64,000 nt of DNA from Bdellovibrionota bacterium (GTDB lineage Bacteria; Bdellovibrionota_C; UBA2361; JAAYZI01). The translations under genes were made by a program, and so were the position numbers. The stretch is taken from the NCBI GenBank assembly GCA_050950765.1, contig JBMNIF010000002.1:11738-75737 (forward strand). Direction: 5' to 3'. Position 1 is the stretch's first letter, and the number at the start of each line of letters is the position of its first letter. The notes below the pieces were generated by a model that was given only the letters and a program-made list of their open reading frames with translations, was not told the origin of the DNA and searched no databases. Positions 31,012 through 40,886 of this stretch are shown piece by piece.

Positions 31012-32022
31012 ATGAATCTTCTTTTCCAAAATGCTTTACATAATATTCCGCAGGCGGTACCACCGATCTGGTTTATGCGTCAAGCCGGTCGCTATCAAAA
31101 AAGCTACCAAAAGGTGCGCGAACGTTATTCATTTGTTCAGATCTGCAAAACTCCTGAACTAGCAGCTCAGGTAGCACTCTCCCCTATTTTAGAATTTGAT
31201 CTGGATGTAGCTATCCTTTTTAGTGACATCCTTTTCCCATTAGAAGCGTTAGGTATGTCATTAAATTACGCTGCTACGGGAGCGCCGCACCTTTCTCCTC
31301 TCCTCAAAGATAAAAGTAGCGTTGCAAATCTTCGCTCACCACAAGAAGCCATACCACTACTCTCTTTTCAGCACGAAGCCTTAACAGCTACTAGATCCCT
31401 ATTACCAAACAACAAGAGTTTAATCGGTTTTATTGGAGGTCCCTTTACCCTCTTTGCTTATGCCGTTAAAGGGCATCCTCTGCAAGGTTTTGCGCCAACA
31501 CCAGATCTGTTAACGCTTTTTCAACCTTTTTGTGAAAAGATACTCCCTCTTTTACGCGCTTCGATCTTAGAACAGATCAGTAGTTCTGCAGAAATCGTTA
31601 TGATTTTTGACACCTCTGCCGGTATGCTTAATAGGGAGCTGTATTTAGAGTATGTTCTTCCACAACTCAAGGAATTAGTTGATGGTATCTCTGATAAGGT
31701 GGCTTATTATGCGCGGGGATTAGATCAAGTGCTTTTTGACGATCTCTTTTTTCAATCTCTAGCCGGAATTGCTTTAGATTCTAGATCTGATCTCGCTCGA
31801 TATTTTAATAGAAAGGGGTTTATACAAGGTAATTTTAATGAAAAACACCTCCTCACCGATTCGACGCAATTAACACAGCAAGTTTTTAACTATCTTAATT
31901 CTATACGAGAACTTCCTTATCAATCTAACTGGGTTTGTAGCCTCGGTCACGGCGTACTCCCTACTACTCCCGAAGCCAATGTGCATAAGTTTATAGAGCT
32001 TGTTAGGGGATATTTTAAATAA
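31012..32022 (+). CDS. hemE: Uroporphyrinogen decarboxylase.
   Basis: PIWFMRQAGRYQKSYQ at the N-terminus is the HemE signature. Confidence 0.85.
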   Translation: MNLLFQNALHNIPQAVPPIWFMRQAGRYQKSYQKVRERYSFVQICKTPELAAQVALSPILEFDLDVAILFSDILFPLEALGMSLNYAATGAPHLSPLLKDKSSVANLRSPQEAIPLLSFQHEALTATRSLLPNNKSLIGFIGGPFTLFAYAVKGHPLQGFAPTPDLLTLFQPFCEKILPLLRASILEQISSSAEIVMIFDTSAGMLNRELYLEYVLPQLKELVDGISDKVAYYARGLDQVLFDDLFFQSLAGIALDSRSDLARYFNRKGFIQGNFNEKHLLTDSTQLTQQVFNYLNSIRELPYQSNWVCSLGHGVLPTTPEANVHKFIELVRGYFK

Positions 32023-32127
32023 TAAAACACAACAATCTTTTTCACTTAAAAACAGAGTCTCTAATAAATTTTATATCTTGCAATGCCGATATTAAAGAAC
32101 GTGATAGTTATTACAATGAAAAAATAA

Positions 32128-33813
32128 TTAAAGCTTATAAATCGCTTCAAAATTAGATATTCTTGTCTCAGGTTGACCTTCAGCGTTTAAGACCACTATA
32201 CCATCTGGTCTTCTTGCTATTAAAACATTATTTAATGAAAGGAAATCTCCACAAAAACCTGCCACCTGAAGCTGCTCTTGCAGTACGGTGAAGAGCTTTC
32301 TAGCTCTCTCTTCACTAAAAACCTCACGCTCTATCGCCTGAATCAGATCAATTGGCTCATACAAAGCACCCACTTGCTCTGCCACCCAAGAATCGGGACC
32401 ATTATAAAAACCTCTTATTGAGATGTAGTTTCTATTTTCACGTAAGATTGGAGAACCATCAATAGCACATAAATCACGGTGACTTTCAAAGCGAGAGGTA
32501 TCAGAGACACCTTCCACCTTAGTGCTGCCGGTCATGTAGATAGCTCTAACGTAAACACACGGTATCCCAGCTTCTTGTAACTGTGTGGCGATAGCGAACT
32601 CTTCAAAGGGGCTATTAAAGCCACGTCCTTTTTTTAAAAAAAGTTCCGAACAAGATTCAGGATCCGGCATCTCACCAACGCGAGAAGTCCTCCAAACGAT
32701 ATGCACATTATCTTTTGTAAGGGTATAATAGACCTCATGCAGTTTAGATAGCGCTCTGCTCGGAGTTTTGCGCCACCTTTCAGGAAGAAAGTAATCGTAT
32801 AGCCTTGAGTTACGCCCCACTACCCATAACAAGCCACCAGTGCTCTCCACCTTACCGTGTACATATGGCACGCCCATAATCTTTGTCTCAACGAGATATT
32901 CCGGTAGCGGTGCATGCACAAAGCGGTCTCTCTGTACATCTAAATAAGAATTCCTCCTATCCTGTTTTACACGCGCCTCGTGTTTAGGCGTTCGAAGCAA
33001 AAGCTCATAATCAATAATCGCATACCTGCCGTCTTCAATTACCTTATCAATGAACTTCGTCGCCACATCAAGATTTTTAGTCTCTTCAAATAGAACTCGC
33101 ATCCCTAAGACGCACTCTTCCGGCACTATAATATGAACCGCCTTCATATCTGCCATTGAGAACTCTTGCGCTGCCAAATCATCGAGAACAGTTGTTGTAA
33201 TCGGCTCCAACTTATCATCAAGAGTTTGCCCCTTTAATCCCAACTCTTCCAGAGCTTGCACAACATCCAAACCATCTATCCACTGATAGATCAATTTATA
33301 TTGTCGTAAGATATCGAGTTCAATTCCTGGGTGTCGGCGATTGATCTTATTAATCTTATTACGAGACCTCCCTGTTTGCCAAAGTTGCAACCTCTCAGGA
33401 GGGATATAAATCGCCAAAGGATTCTGCGTTATGATCTGCTTTTTATCGACATCTTGAGGTTTAGTGCGCAACTCCGTTACAAGGGAGAACTCCTCCCAAG
33501 GGCTGTTAAACTCTGCATTAACGAACTGTTCCAAAATATGCGTATCGACTGGGACATCCTCTCCCACACGGCAATTTTTTACTACGAGACGTAAGACCTT
33601 CCCATCGACCTCTTTCGTCGGCACTTTAAAAACAGCGCTGGTTCCCTGCAACCGTTCGCTTTTCTCAGAGAACCAACTCTCTTCATACCAGTTTTCAACA
33701 TTTAGATGTTCACTCCACTTTAAACCATGCTCGGTAAAATAGATATCGCCGCCATCAGAGGTCTTCCGATGGACATAAGCGATACCTAAGATATTAAGAG
33801 TCTCATCTTTCAT
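32128..33813 (-). CDS. Hypothetical 561-aa protein with an internal tandem domain duplication, possibly a kinase-like fold.
   Basis: Two halves share ...YVH(R/G)K...GG... and FNSP(W/F)EEF motifs. Lies immediately downstream of malQ and is co-directional with it. Confidence 0.5.
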   Translation of the reverse strand: MKDETLNILGIAYVHRKTSDGGDIYFTEHGLKWSEHLNVENWYEESWFSEKSERLQGTSAVFKVPTKEVDGKVLRLVVKNCRVGEDVPVDTHILEQFVNAEFNSPWEEFSLVTELRTKPQDVDKKQIITQNPLAIYIPPERLQLWQTGRSRNKINKINRRHPGIELDILRQYKLIYQWIDGLDVVQALEELGLKGQTLDDKLEPITTTVLDDLAAQEFSMADMKAVHIIVPEECVLGMRVLFEETKNLDVATKFIDKVIEDGRYAIIDYELLLRTPKHEARVKQDRRNSYLDVQRDRFVHAPLPEYLVETKIMGVPYVHGKVESTGGLLWVVGRNSRLYDYFLPERWRKTPSRALSKLHEVYYTLTKDNVHIVWRTSRVGEMPDPESCSELFLKKGRGFNSPFEEFAIATQLQEAGIPCVYVRAIYMTGSTKVEGVSDTSRFESHRDLCAIDGSPILRENRNYISIRGFYNGPDSWVAEQVGALYEPIDLIQAIEREVFSEERARKLFTVLQEQLQVAGFCGDFLSLNNVLIARRPDGIVVLNAEGQPETRISNFEAIYKL

Positions 33814-33831
33814 TGAAACCGTATTAAGGAA

Positions 33832-35325
33832 TTAGCGATGATACGTTATCATCATCTGCTTTAATTCTTTAGCCTTGGCTAAGGAAAGATCTTGCGGCAC
33901 AAGCTTCCAACGATAATTGCCACCTTTAACACTACCACCAGGGAGGTTCTGACGTGCCACACTTCCCAACTCTAAAACATCCTGCATTGGAACAACGGAG
34001 AGGGATGCTACAGAGGAGTACGCCATGCGCATTAAAGACCTGACGGGAGACTCAACCCGCTTGCCTACATAATCTTCAAAAAACTTACGTGTCTTTTTAG
34101 ATATACTTCTATACCAGCCGAGAGCTGTGTCGTTATCATGCGTTCCGGTATAAACAACACAGTGCTCTTTATGATAATGCGGCAAGTATTCATTCGTAGC
34201 ATCACCATCAAAGGCAAATTGCAGAACCTTCATCCCCGGTAGATTCCACCTATCACGTAACGCCTTTACCTCTGGAGTTAACAATCCTAAATCTTCAGCG
34301 ATAAAGGGAGGCTCTCCAAAAACTTTATGTACCCTCTTAAAAAAAGCATCACCTGGACCTTTCTTCCAAGTGCCGCCCTTTGCAGTTTTATTTTTAGCCG
34401 GTACATCCCAATACCGTTCAAAGCCCATAAAGTGATCGAGTCTGACTAAATCTGCCTTAGAGAAAGCACCTCGTAAACGATCCATCCACCACGAAAATTG
34501 TTCTGCCTTATGTGCAGACCAATTATATACCGGCATCCCCCAAAGTTGTCCTGTCTCTGAAAAACAATCAGGTGGCACACCAGCTTGTCCTAATTGATTA
34601 CCGGCTTCATCATAACTAAATCGTTTTAAAGCAGCCCACACATCTTGACTATCTTTAGCGCAATAGATCGGAACATCACCGATAATCTTAATCCCTGCCG
34701 ATGCAGCATATTCTCTTAATTTATCCCATTGTGAACAGAATAAAAATTGATAATATTTTTGAAAATCTACCAACTCTTTATTTTCGCGAACAAACGTTTT
34801 AAGCGCATTATTATCGTGTAGTGCAAGCTTAGTATCCCATTTCCACCACGGCTTACCACCACTCACAACTTTCAAAGCGGAAAATACAGCCCAGTCATCA
34901 AGCCACCACCTCTCTTTTTTACAAAAATCTTCAAACTCAGCATAACGACCATCTGATTTTTTAGCAAAGAACCTCTGCGCCGCTTGCTGCAACAAGCGCT
35001 GTTTTAAAGGACGCATCTTCTCATAAAGCACTTTTTTACCATCCGGAATAACAGCATCTTTCAGATCAGTTTTTGTAAGCTCTCCTGTTTTACGCAGGGC
35101 TAATAGATCGATATATTCGTAAGCTCCCGCCCAAGATGATTGCGATGAGTACGGTTGGTTTTCCTCAGTTAAAGGACCTATCGGCAAGATCTGCCACCAC
35201 TTTTGCCCTGCTTTTTGCAGCCAATCAACAAAACGGTAAGCCCCTGCTCCGAGATCGCCGATCCCCATAGAACCTGGTAATGATGCTACATGTAATAAGA
35301 TTCCGGCACTACGTGATAATTCCAT
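33832..35325 (-). CDS. malQ: 4-alpha-glucanotransferase (GH77 amylomaltase).
   Basis: GH77 motifs (...LRLDHFMGFERYW..., ...GDVPIY...), about 497 aa. Confidence 0.85.
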   Translation of the reverse strand: MELSRSAGILLHVASLPGSMGIGDLGAGAYRFVDWLQKAGQKWWQILPIGPLTEENQPYSSQSSWAGAYEYIDLLALRKTGELTKTDLKDAVIPDGKKVLYEKMRPLKQRLLQQAAQRFFAKKSDGRYAEFEDFCKKERWWLDDWAVFSALKVVSGGKPWWKWDTKLALHDNNALKTFVRENKELVDFQKYYQFLFCSQWDKLREYAASAGIKIIGDVPIYCAKDSQDVWAALKRFSYDEAGNQLGQAGVPPDCFSETGQLWGMPVYNWSAHKAEQFSWWMDRLRGAFSKADLVRLDHFMGFERYWDVPAKNKTAKGGTWKKGPGDAFFKRVHKVFGEPPFIAEDLGLLTPEVKALRDRWNLPGMKVLQFAFDGDATNEYLPHYHKEHCVVYTGTHDNDTALGWYRSISKKTRKFFEDYVGKRVESPVRSLMRMAYSSVASLSVVPMQDVLELGSVARQNLPGGSVKGGNYRWKLVPQDLSLAKAKELKQMMITYHR

Positions 35326-35357
35326 AAAGAACTCCTAAAAATTTTTACATAAAGAAA

Positions 35358-35846
35358 CTACGCTATCGCCTTAAAACAGACCTTTAGAACCTCAACTCCC
35401 AACTCTCCTTTCGGAGTGTTGTATGTAACCCAGTCTCCCTCTTTTGCCTTTGCATTAATCAAAGCAGAACCTAACGGAGAAAGCCATGATATTTTTCCAT
35501 TTAACACATCTACTTCATCAGATCCTACAATGGAATAAGTTTTTTTATTATCATCCTCGTCACACAAGGTAACGGTTGCACCGAACTGAACATAATCGGA
35601 GGTCACCGTTAACGGATCAATCACAAAAGCTTCATCTATGTGTTTTGAAAGGAACTCAATGCGTTTATCTATCTCTCTAAGTTTTTTCTTACCGTAGATA
35701 TAATCTCCGTTCTCTGAACGATCGCCGTTTGAAGCAGCCCACGCTACCTGTTGAGTAACTTGCGGTCTCTCATCATGCTTGAGGGTATACAGCTCCTGAT
35801 TTAATCTAGCTAGACCGGCTGGTGTTATGTAATTCTTTTGTGCCAT
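35358..35846 (-). CDS. greA: Transcription elongation factor GreA.
   Basis: MAQKNYITPAGLARLNQEL... plus the C-terminal FKBP-like domain. The ORF-track start at 35960 is probably an upstream extension. Confidence 0.85.
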   Translation of the reverse strand: MAQKNYITPAGLARLNQELYTLKHDERPQVTQQVAWAASNGDRSENGDYIYGKKKLREIDKRIEFLSKHIDEAFVIDPLTVTSDYVQFGATVTLCDEDDNKKTYSIVGSDEVDVLNGKISWLSPLGSALINAKAKEGDWVTYNTPKGELGVEVLKVCFKAIA

Positions 35847-35954
35847 AGTTATTCTTAACAGACTTAACAGAGACTCAAGTTTTTGATAATAATTCAAGCT
35901 GAGCAGTGTGTCGAGATAAGAACTCTTAAGAAAGTTCACAAAAGGGGAGAAATG

Positions 35955-37253
35955 AACCATAAAAAAAACGATTGCGCTATTTTACATTACGATAATCACG
36001 AAATTGAATTACCGATCGTCGAAGGTAGTATGGGCGAACGTGCCATTGATATCTCGCGATTACGTGCTGAAACCGGTTTAATTACACTGGATAACGGTTA
36101 TGCCAATACGGGGTCTTGCAAATCAGCTATAACTTTCGTTGATGGTGAGAAAGGGATCTTACGTTATCGTGGCATCCCGATTGAAGAGTTAGCAGAGAGA
36201 TCAACCTTTATTGAGGTCTGTTATTTACTGATCTACGGCAAACTTCCCACAACTCTCGAGCTCTATGAATTTCGTAAAAAAATCGGGCGTTACGCCTTGA
36301 TTCATGAAGATATGAAGAACTTCTTCAATCAGTTTCATGGAGAAGCTCATCCTATGGCGATTTTAAGCTCTATGGTCTGTTCTCTTTCGGCGTATCATCC
36401 GGAGTTATTAAAATCAAATCAATCCCCCGCAGATAGAGATGAAACAATTACGCATCTACTTTCAAAGGTGCGCGTTTTGAGTGCCTTTGCTTATAAACGT
36501 TCTATCGGACAAACTTTCATCTACCCACATATGAAGTACGATTATATAGAGAACTTTCTTTATATGATGTTTGCCACACCGATAGAAGATTACAAGATAG
36601 ACCCTGTTGTAAAACGTGCCTTAGATCTACTTTTTATTATTCATGCAGACCATGAACAAAACTGCTCAACCTCAACAGTGCGCATGGTAGGATCTGCTAG
36701 AACCAATCTTTTTGCCTCTGTTTCCGCTGGAATTTGCGCCTTATGGGGAGAGCTGCACGGTGGTGCCAATCAAGCTGTAATTGAGATGTTAGAAAACATC
36801 TACAATAGTGGAGAGGGCTACAAAAAATTTATTGAAAAAGCAAAAGATAAAAATGATCCTTTTAAATTGATGGGTTTCGGACATCGCGTCTATAAGACTT
36901 ATGATCCGCGTGCAAAAATTATAAAGAAAACTGCTGATGATGTTTTAAAGAAACTTAATATTTCAGATCCAATTCTTGATCTAGCACAAGAGCTGGAAGA
37001 AGTAGCGTTGCGCGACGATTTCTTTATAGAGAGACATCTCTACCCCAACGTTGATTTCTACTCCGGTATTATTTACCGCGCTATCGGAATACCAACTAAT
37101 GACTTTACTGTAATGTTTGCGTTAGGACGTTTACCTGGTTGGATTGCGCAATGGAAAGAGATGGTAGAGCAAGGTGAAACAAAACTTTATCGCCCACGTC
37201 AGATTTATATCGGAGAAACTGAGCAACACTACATCCCAATCGATGCCCGTTAA
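35955..37253 (+). CDS. gltA: Citrate synthase.
   Basis: ...GFGHRVYKTYDPRA... and the catalytic His/Asp contexts. About 433 aa from MNHKK. Confidence 0.9.
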   Translation, partial: NHKKNDCAILHYDNHEIELPIVEGSMGERAIDISRLRAETGLITLDNGYANTGSCKSAITFVDGEKGILRYRGIPIEELAERSTFIEVCYLLIYGKLPTTLELYEFRKKIGRYALIHEDMKNFFNQFHGEAHPMAILSSMVCSLSAYHPELLKSNQSPADRDETITHLLSKVRVLSAFAYKRSIGQTFIYPHMKYDYIENFLYMMFATPIEDYKIDPVVKRALDLLFIIHADHEQNCSTSTVRMVGSARTNLFASVSAGICALWGELHGGANQAVIEMLENIYNSGEGYKKFIEKAKDKNDPFKLMGFGHRVYKTYDPRAKIIKKTADDVLKKLNISDPILDLAQELEEVALRDDFFIERHLYPNVDFYSGIIYRAIGIPTNDFTVMFALGRLPGWIAQWKEMVEQGETKLYRPRQIYIGETEQHYIPIDAR

Positions 37254-37475
37254 TAAAAAAATAAAATGCTTTTAAAAAGGGTTATTTTTACTTAAATTAA
37301 GTAAAGTAAGATTATTTTATGTAAAAATTCTACAATATTATCAATACCTTCCCCGTAATAGCACCAAATTATAATTTTTAGCATAACTTATTAATGTAGG
37401 GGAATTTTGAGCCTATGTAACGGTTCTAGAAAATGTTCCTGTTCTTTCACAAATCATTAGAAATGTAGGTGAAAA

Positions 37476-38167
37476 ATGTTGATCCTGTCTGTGGCGTTTT
37501 GCCTCGTCGCTTTTGCCGGTGCCGCTTACGGCGTTTTCCTGTTTTGGGGATTCGACATTACCCAACTCTGGTTCTCGGAGTTCTTCTCGGAGTTCTCTTG
37601 GGAAACTTTCAAAGCCAATGTTCAAGGACTGCACCCTTCCGCTTTGGAGACGGTCTACCAATACCGTTCCGAAATGGTTGCACTCGTTGTTATCATGGCT
37701 TTGTTTCTGAAGGCTGTCGGCGCTTTTAGCGCGACTAATACGGACTGCTCTTTTAGGGTTATCGTCCTTAGGGTGTTATCTGCGCTGGCGGAGGGAGGTA
37801 TTTTCGGGATCATTTTAATGCTCTTCGAAAGCCGTTTCCCTGGGGCTATCGCCCGATTGGGGCACCGCCCCTTATCGCCTGCCTTGTTATTGGAGTAGTT
37901 TTACTACTATCCAAGTTCAAAATTAGCTATGCATTGCTAATAATATACCTACTTACAATCGGCTGGGCGATATTTACTAGAAGCTCTGGTCAAACTATTA
38001 CACTGTCGATATGGCCCACGGTATACCTGAGTGCACTTGTACCACTTTGTGCGCTCGGAACTCTTCAAGCGCTCTACAGAGACAAGTCAGACGGCGAACT
38101 CTATGTTATGAGTTGGGTACGTCTGTACGGACTGGCTTCATTAGCGGCTATCGTGCTTCTTGTATGA
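37476..38167 (+). pseudogene. Frameshifted copy (P1) of a novel multi-TM membrane-protein family. It is split into ORFs 37476-37898 and 37934-38167.
   Basis: Shares TQLWF..F.SWETFKA..QGL and EGG.FGIILMLFESRFPGAIA motifs with P2. The alternative frame after GGGG/CCCC at about 37859-37871 continues the P2-like sequence. Confidence 0.55.
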
Positions 38168-38214
38168 AAATATAAGAAGCGTCGTTAAAGTCATCTGAGA
38201 GGTCGCACCAAGAA

Positions 38215-38257
38215 GGGGGAAAAAGGTTTTTACTACAAAGGGCTCAATTTTCCCCCC
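38215..38257 (+). terminator. Putative intrinsic terminator after P1.
   Basis: GGGGGAAAA ... TTTTCCCCC inverted repeat, conserved with the terminator after P2. Confidence 0.35.
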
Positions 38258-38349
38258 TCCTTTTCTTCAGATTAACTAAGCACCCCACCCCAAACTAAAA
38301 CCCCTCTCAAAGCCTAATTGATCTACTTTTCAGCATCAGCCAGCCTACT

Positions 38350-38810
38350 TTTTTAACCTCCGTAGAAATCTAGCCGATCCCGTTCTGCTGTTGCAGCCAG
38401 CCCTGCTGTCCCTGAAGGGTGGCACCAAATTTTTGACCTTCGTGAAAACCTAACCGATTCGTTTTGTAGTGACAGCCCGTTCAATCGTCCCTGAAGGGTG
38501 GCACCAAATTCGCCAAATGCTAAGCTTTTGCTAACGTCTTGATATTATTGGCTATCCTAATTTCAGAGTCTTGTAGCACTGGTGGGTGGCACCAAATTTC
38601 CGCTGCTGTCCCTGAAGGGTGGCACCAAATTTTCTGGTGGGTGGCACCAAATTTTCCCTCGTGAAAACCTAACCAACTTGCTTTTTAATATCAGCCCGCT
38701 CAATCGTCCCTAGCGAGTGGTAGTAAATTCCGTAGAAATCTAGCCGATCCCGTTCTGCAGTTGCAGCCACCCCAATCATCCCTAAAGGGTGATGGTAAAT
38801 TTCTTTAACT
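38350..38810. repeat. Array D of the mosaic repeat family (about 5 intact and 2 degenerate cores, GGTGGCACCA orientation).
   Basis: Lies between the duplicated membrane-protein genes P1 and P2. Confidence 0.9.
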
Positions 38811-38927
38811 TTACGATTTTTGGTATAACTTACAATGATATGAGAGGAAATTGAGCCCTTATAAAAGGTTTTTATAAGAGGTTCCTCCCCGTTCTTTAAC
38901 AATTGAAAGGATATAAGGAATATAAGG

Positions 38928-39752
38928 ATGAAAAAGATCTACCTCTCTTCCGAACAAAGGTTCGACTTCGTTAATAACGCCTTTGCATTTTTGGCGTTGT
39001 TTTTCTTTGTCGCCGATGCTGTTCCTTTGATCTGTAGATTCGACACTACACAACTCTGGTTCACGCAGTTCTCTTGGGAAACTTTCAAAGCCGATGCTCA
39101 AGGACTGCAGATCTCCGATTTGGGAATCGCCAAGGGATACAATCCTACAATGGTTGCAAGCGTTATCGTTATGTCTCTGCTTATCGGAGTCATCGCCGTT
39201 TTCAGAGTTAAAACGAACAACCCCCGAGAGGTTTTAAACTTTGAGATGCTCTCCACACTTGTGGAGGGAGGTGCCTTCGGGATCATTTTAATGCTCTTCG
39301 AAAGCCGTTTCCCTGGAGCCATTGCCCAATTTGGGGCACTGTACTTTATCATCGGCGCTGCTCTGCTGCTCTTTATTGTAGCAGCTTTACTAAAGCTCAG
39401 GTTCAAAATTAACTTCGTATTCTTACTACTCATAAGCATAGCCGCGACTTTCTGGGTGATATTGATCAGCTGCGGTGTCCAAACTATTAGGCTGTCAGTG
39501 TTCCCTACACTGTATCTGACTATGCTCATGATGCTTAAGTCGCTTGAAATTATTCAAATGCTTGATAATTGGCAAGTAGTAGAAAACGTACAGGGTTTCG
39601 AGGAGCTAGAGCTCGAGGATAAAATATACGACGAAGAAACAAGACAGGAAGTTCAAAAAACTGAAGAAGAAGCTCACCGCGAACTCAACTATGCAAGCTT
39701 CCTGCGCGTTTACGGTCTAATCTTACTATCGGTTATGACGGTTCTTATATGA
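38928..39752 (+). CDS. Novel multi-TM membrane protein (P2, 274 aa) with an acidic insert. It is a paralog of 37476-38167.
   Basis: Intact ORF. Conserved motifs shared with P1. Four or five predicted TM helices. Confidence 0.6.
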   Translation: MKKIYLSSEQRFDFVNNAFAFLALFFFVADAVPLICRFDTTQLWFTQFSWETFKADAQGLQISDLGIAKGYNPTMVASVIVMSLLIGVIAVFRVKTNNPREVLNFEMLSTLVEGGAFGIILMLFESRFPGAIAQFGALYFIIGAALLLFIVAALLKLRFKINFVFLLLISIAATFWVILISCGVQTIRLSVFPTLYLTMLMMLKSLEIIQMLDNWQVVENVQGFEELELEDKIYDEETRQEVQKTEEEAHRELNYASFLRVYGLILLSVMTVLI

Positions 39753-39801
39753 AAATATCAGAACCTGTACCAAGTACTTGCAAGGCTACGCTAAAAAAAG
39801 A

Positions 39802-39848
39802 GGGGAAGGTTTCTTTCACAAAAAGGGCTCAATTTTCCCCTCTTTTTT
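39802..39848 (+). terminator. Putative intrinsic terminator after P2.
   Basis: GAGGGGAAGG...AAAGGGCTCAATTTTCCCCTC followed by a T-run. Confidence 0.35.
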
Positions 39849-39879
39849 CAGATATCTACTTCAGAAAAATAAAAGAAAA

Positions 39880-40389
39880 CTACTTCCTTATATATTTAAG
39901 AAACGTCAAATTTTCAGGAGCGCTCTGTTTTTGCACCACCTTAAATGAATCTTCAAAGTGTGGGAAGAAAGCATCCCCCTTATGAGATGCAGGCACAAGA
40001 GTTATAAAAGCCTCCTCCCAAAAAGGGAGAGTTAATTGATAGATCTGCGCACCGCCTATAATCCAGAGGTAATCTCCTTGAATAGAGGTGCGTCCTTCTT
40101 TTACATCATTTAGATATCCGATTAGATCGTTACAAACTTTTACGCCGCTTGGAAAATCTTCAGCAGTAATACTTCTTCCTGCTACAATATTTAACCGATT
40201 CGGTAGTGGTCTAAACTTCGGGGGTAAAGAATGATAAGTTTTGTGCCCCATTAAGACGGTGTGTCCTGTTGTTAATTCTGCAAAATGCTTCATATCTTGC
40301 GGATAACGCCACGGGATAGTGTTGTCTACCCCGATGACTCGTATCTCATCCATAGCGGCAATTGCAGCAATTGTTATCTTTTTCATCAA
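39880..40389 (-). CDS. folA: Dihydrofolate reductase.
   Basis: ...IAAMDE...IG..IPW... and the LMGHKTYHSLP motifs. 169 aa. Confidence 0.85.
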   Translation of the reverse strand: MMKKITIAAIAAMDEIRVIGVDNTIPWRYPQDMKHFAELTTGHTVLMGHKTYHSLPPKFRPLPNRLNIVAGRSITAEDFPSGVKVCNDLIGYLNDVKEGRTSIQGDYLWIIGGAQIYQLTLPFWEEAFITLVPASHKGDAFFPHFEDSFKVVQKQSAPENLTFLKYIRK

Positions 40390-40886
40390 AACACTTTCCC
40401 CTTATTCCATTAAATCATTATTAAAAAATCGATCCCTAACTCCGTATCATAAGAGGTATTTAAACTTTCCATATAAAGCAATTTCTTCATCCTCTAAAGT
40501 TAGCACCACCATCTTTTTTCGCTCCATTCTCACAATTTTCCATTCTCACAATTTTAAAGAGTAGATCGGTTGTTTTATACAGACTTTCTAATTCAAATAC
40601 ACCACCTTCTATCACGGCAGTGCTTCCTTATTGGTTATTGTTTGCACAACAAAAAAACCGTACTACTAAGAAAAGGATGCTCAACATAAATCATTGTGCA
40701 TCCTCTTTCATATACAACTTCCTATTCAATTTTCAGGTGTACCCTCCGTCCTATATAAATTATTTACCAGCAAGGCTTTATGTATCTTCTTTAATAAATA
40801 AATCCAGCTCAACCATCCCAACAACGCCAGTCTTTTCTTCAGAGAAACCTTGAGTTTAAAAAACTCTTTTTAAAATTAAACCTATA

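Noticed and set aside
35847-35960. N-terminal 38-aa extension of GreA suggested by the ORF track (start at 35960).
   Set aside because: Canonical GreA begins at MAQKNYITPAGL. The extension would overlap the divergent gltA promoter and start region and has no similarity to anything.
40390-40886. Small ORFs (40319-40564, 40620-40853) and a 17-bp tandem duplication (CATTCTCACAATTTT x2) in the folA-thyA gap.
   Set aside because: The translations are low-complexity with no start context. The gap is more likely promoter or leader DNA for thyA-NUDIX-acn or a decayed remnant. The duplication is too small to interpret.
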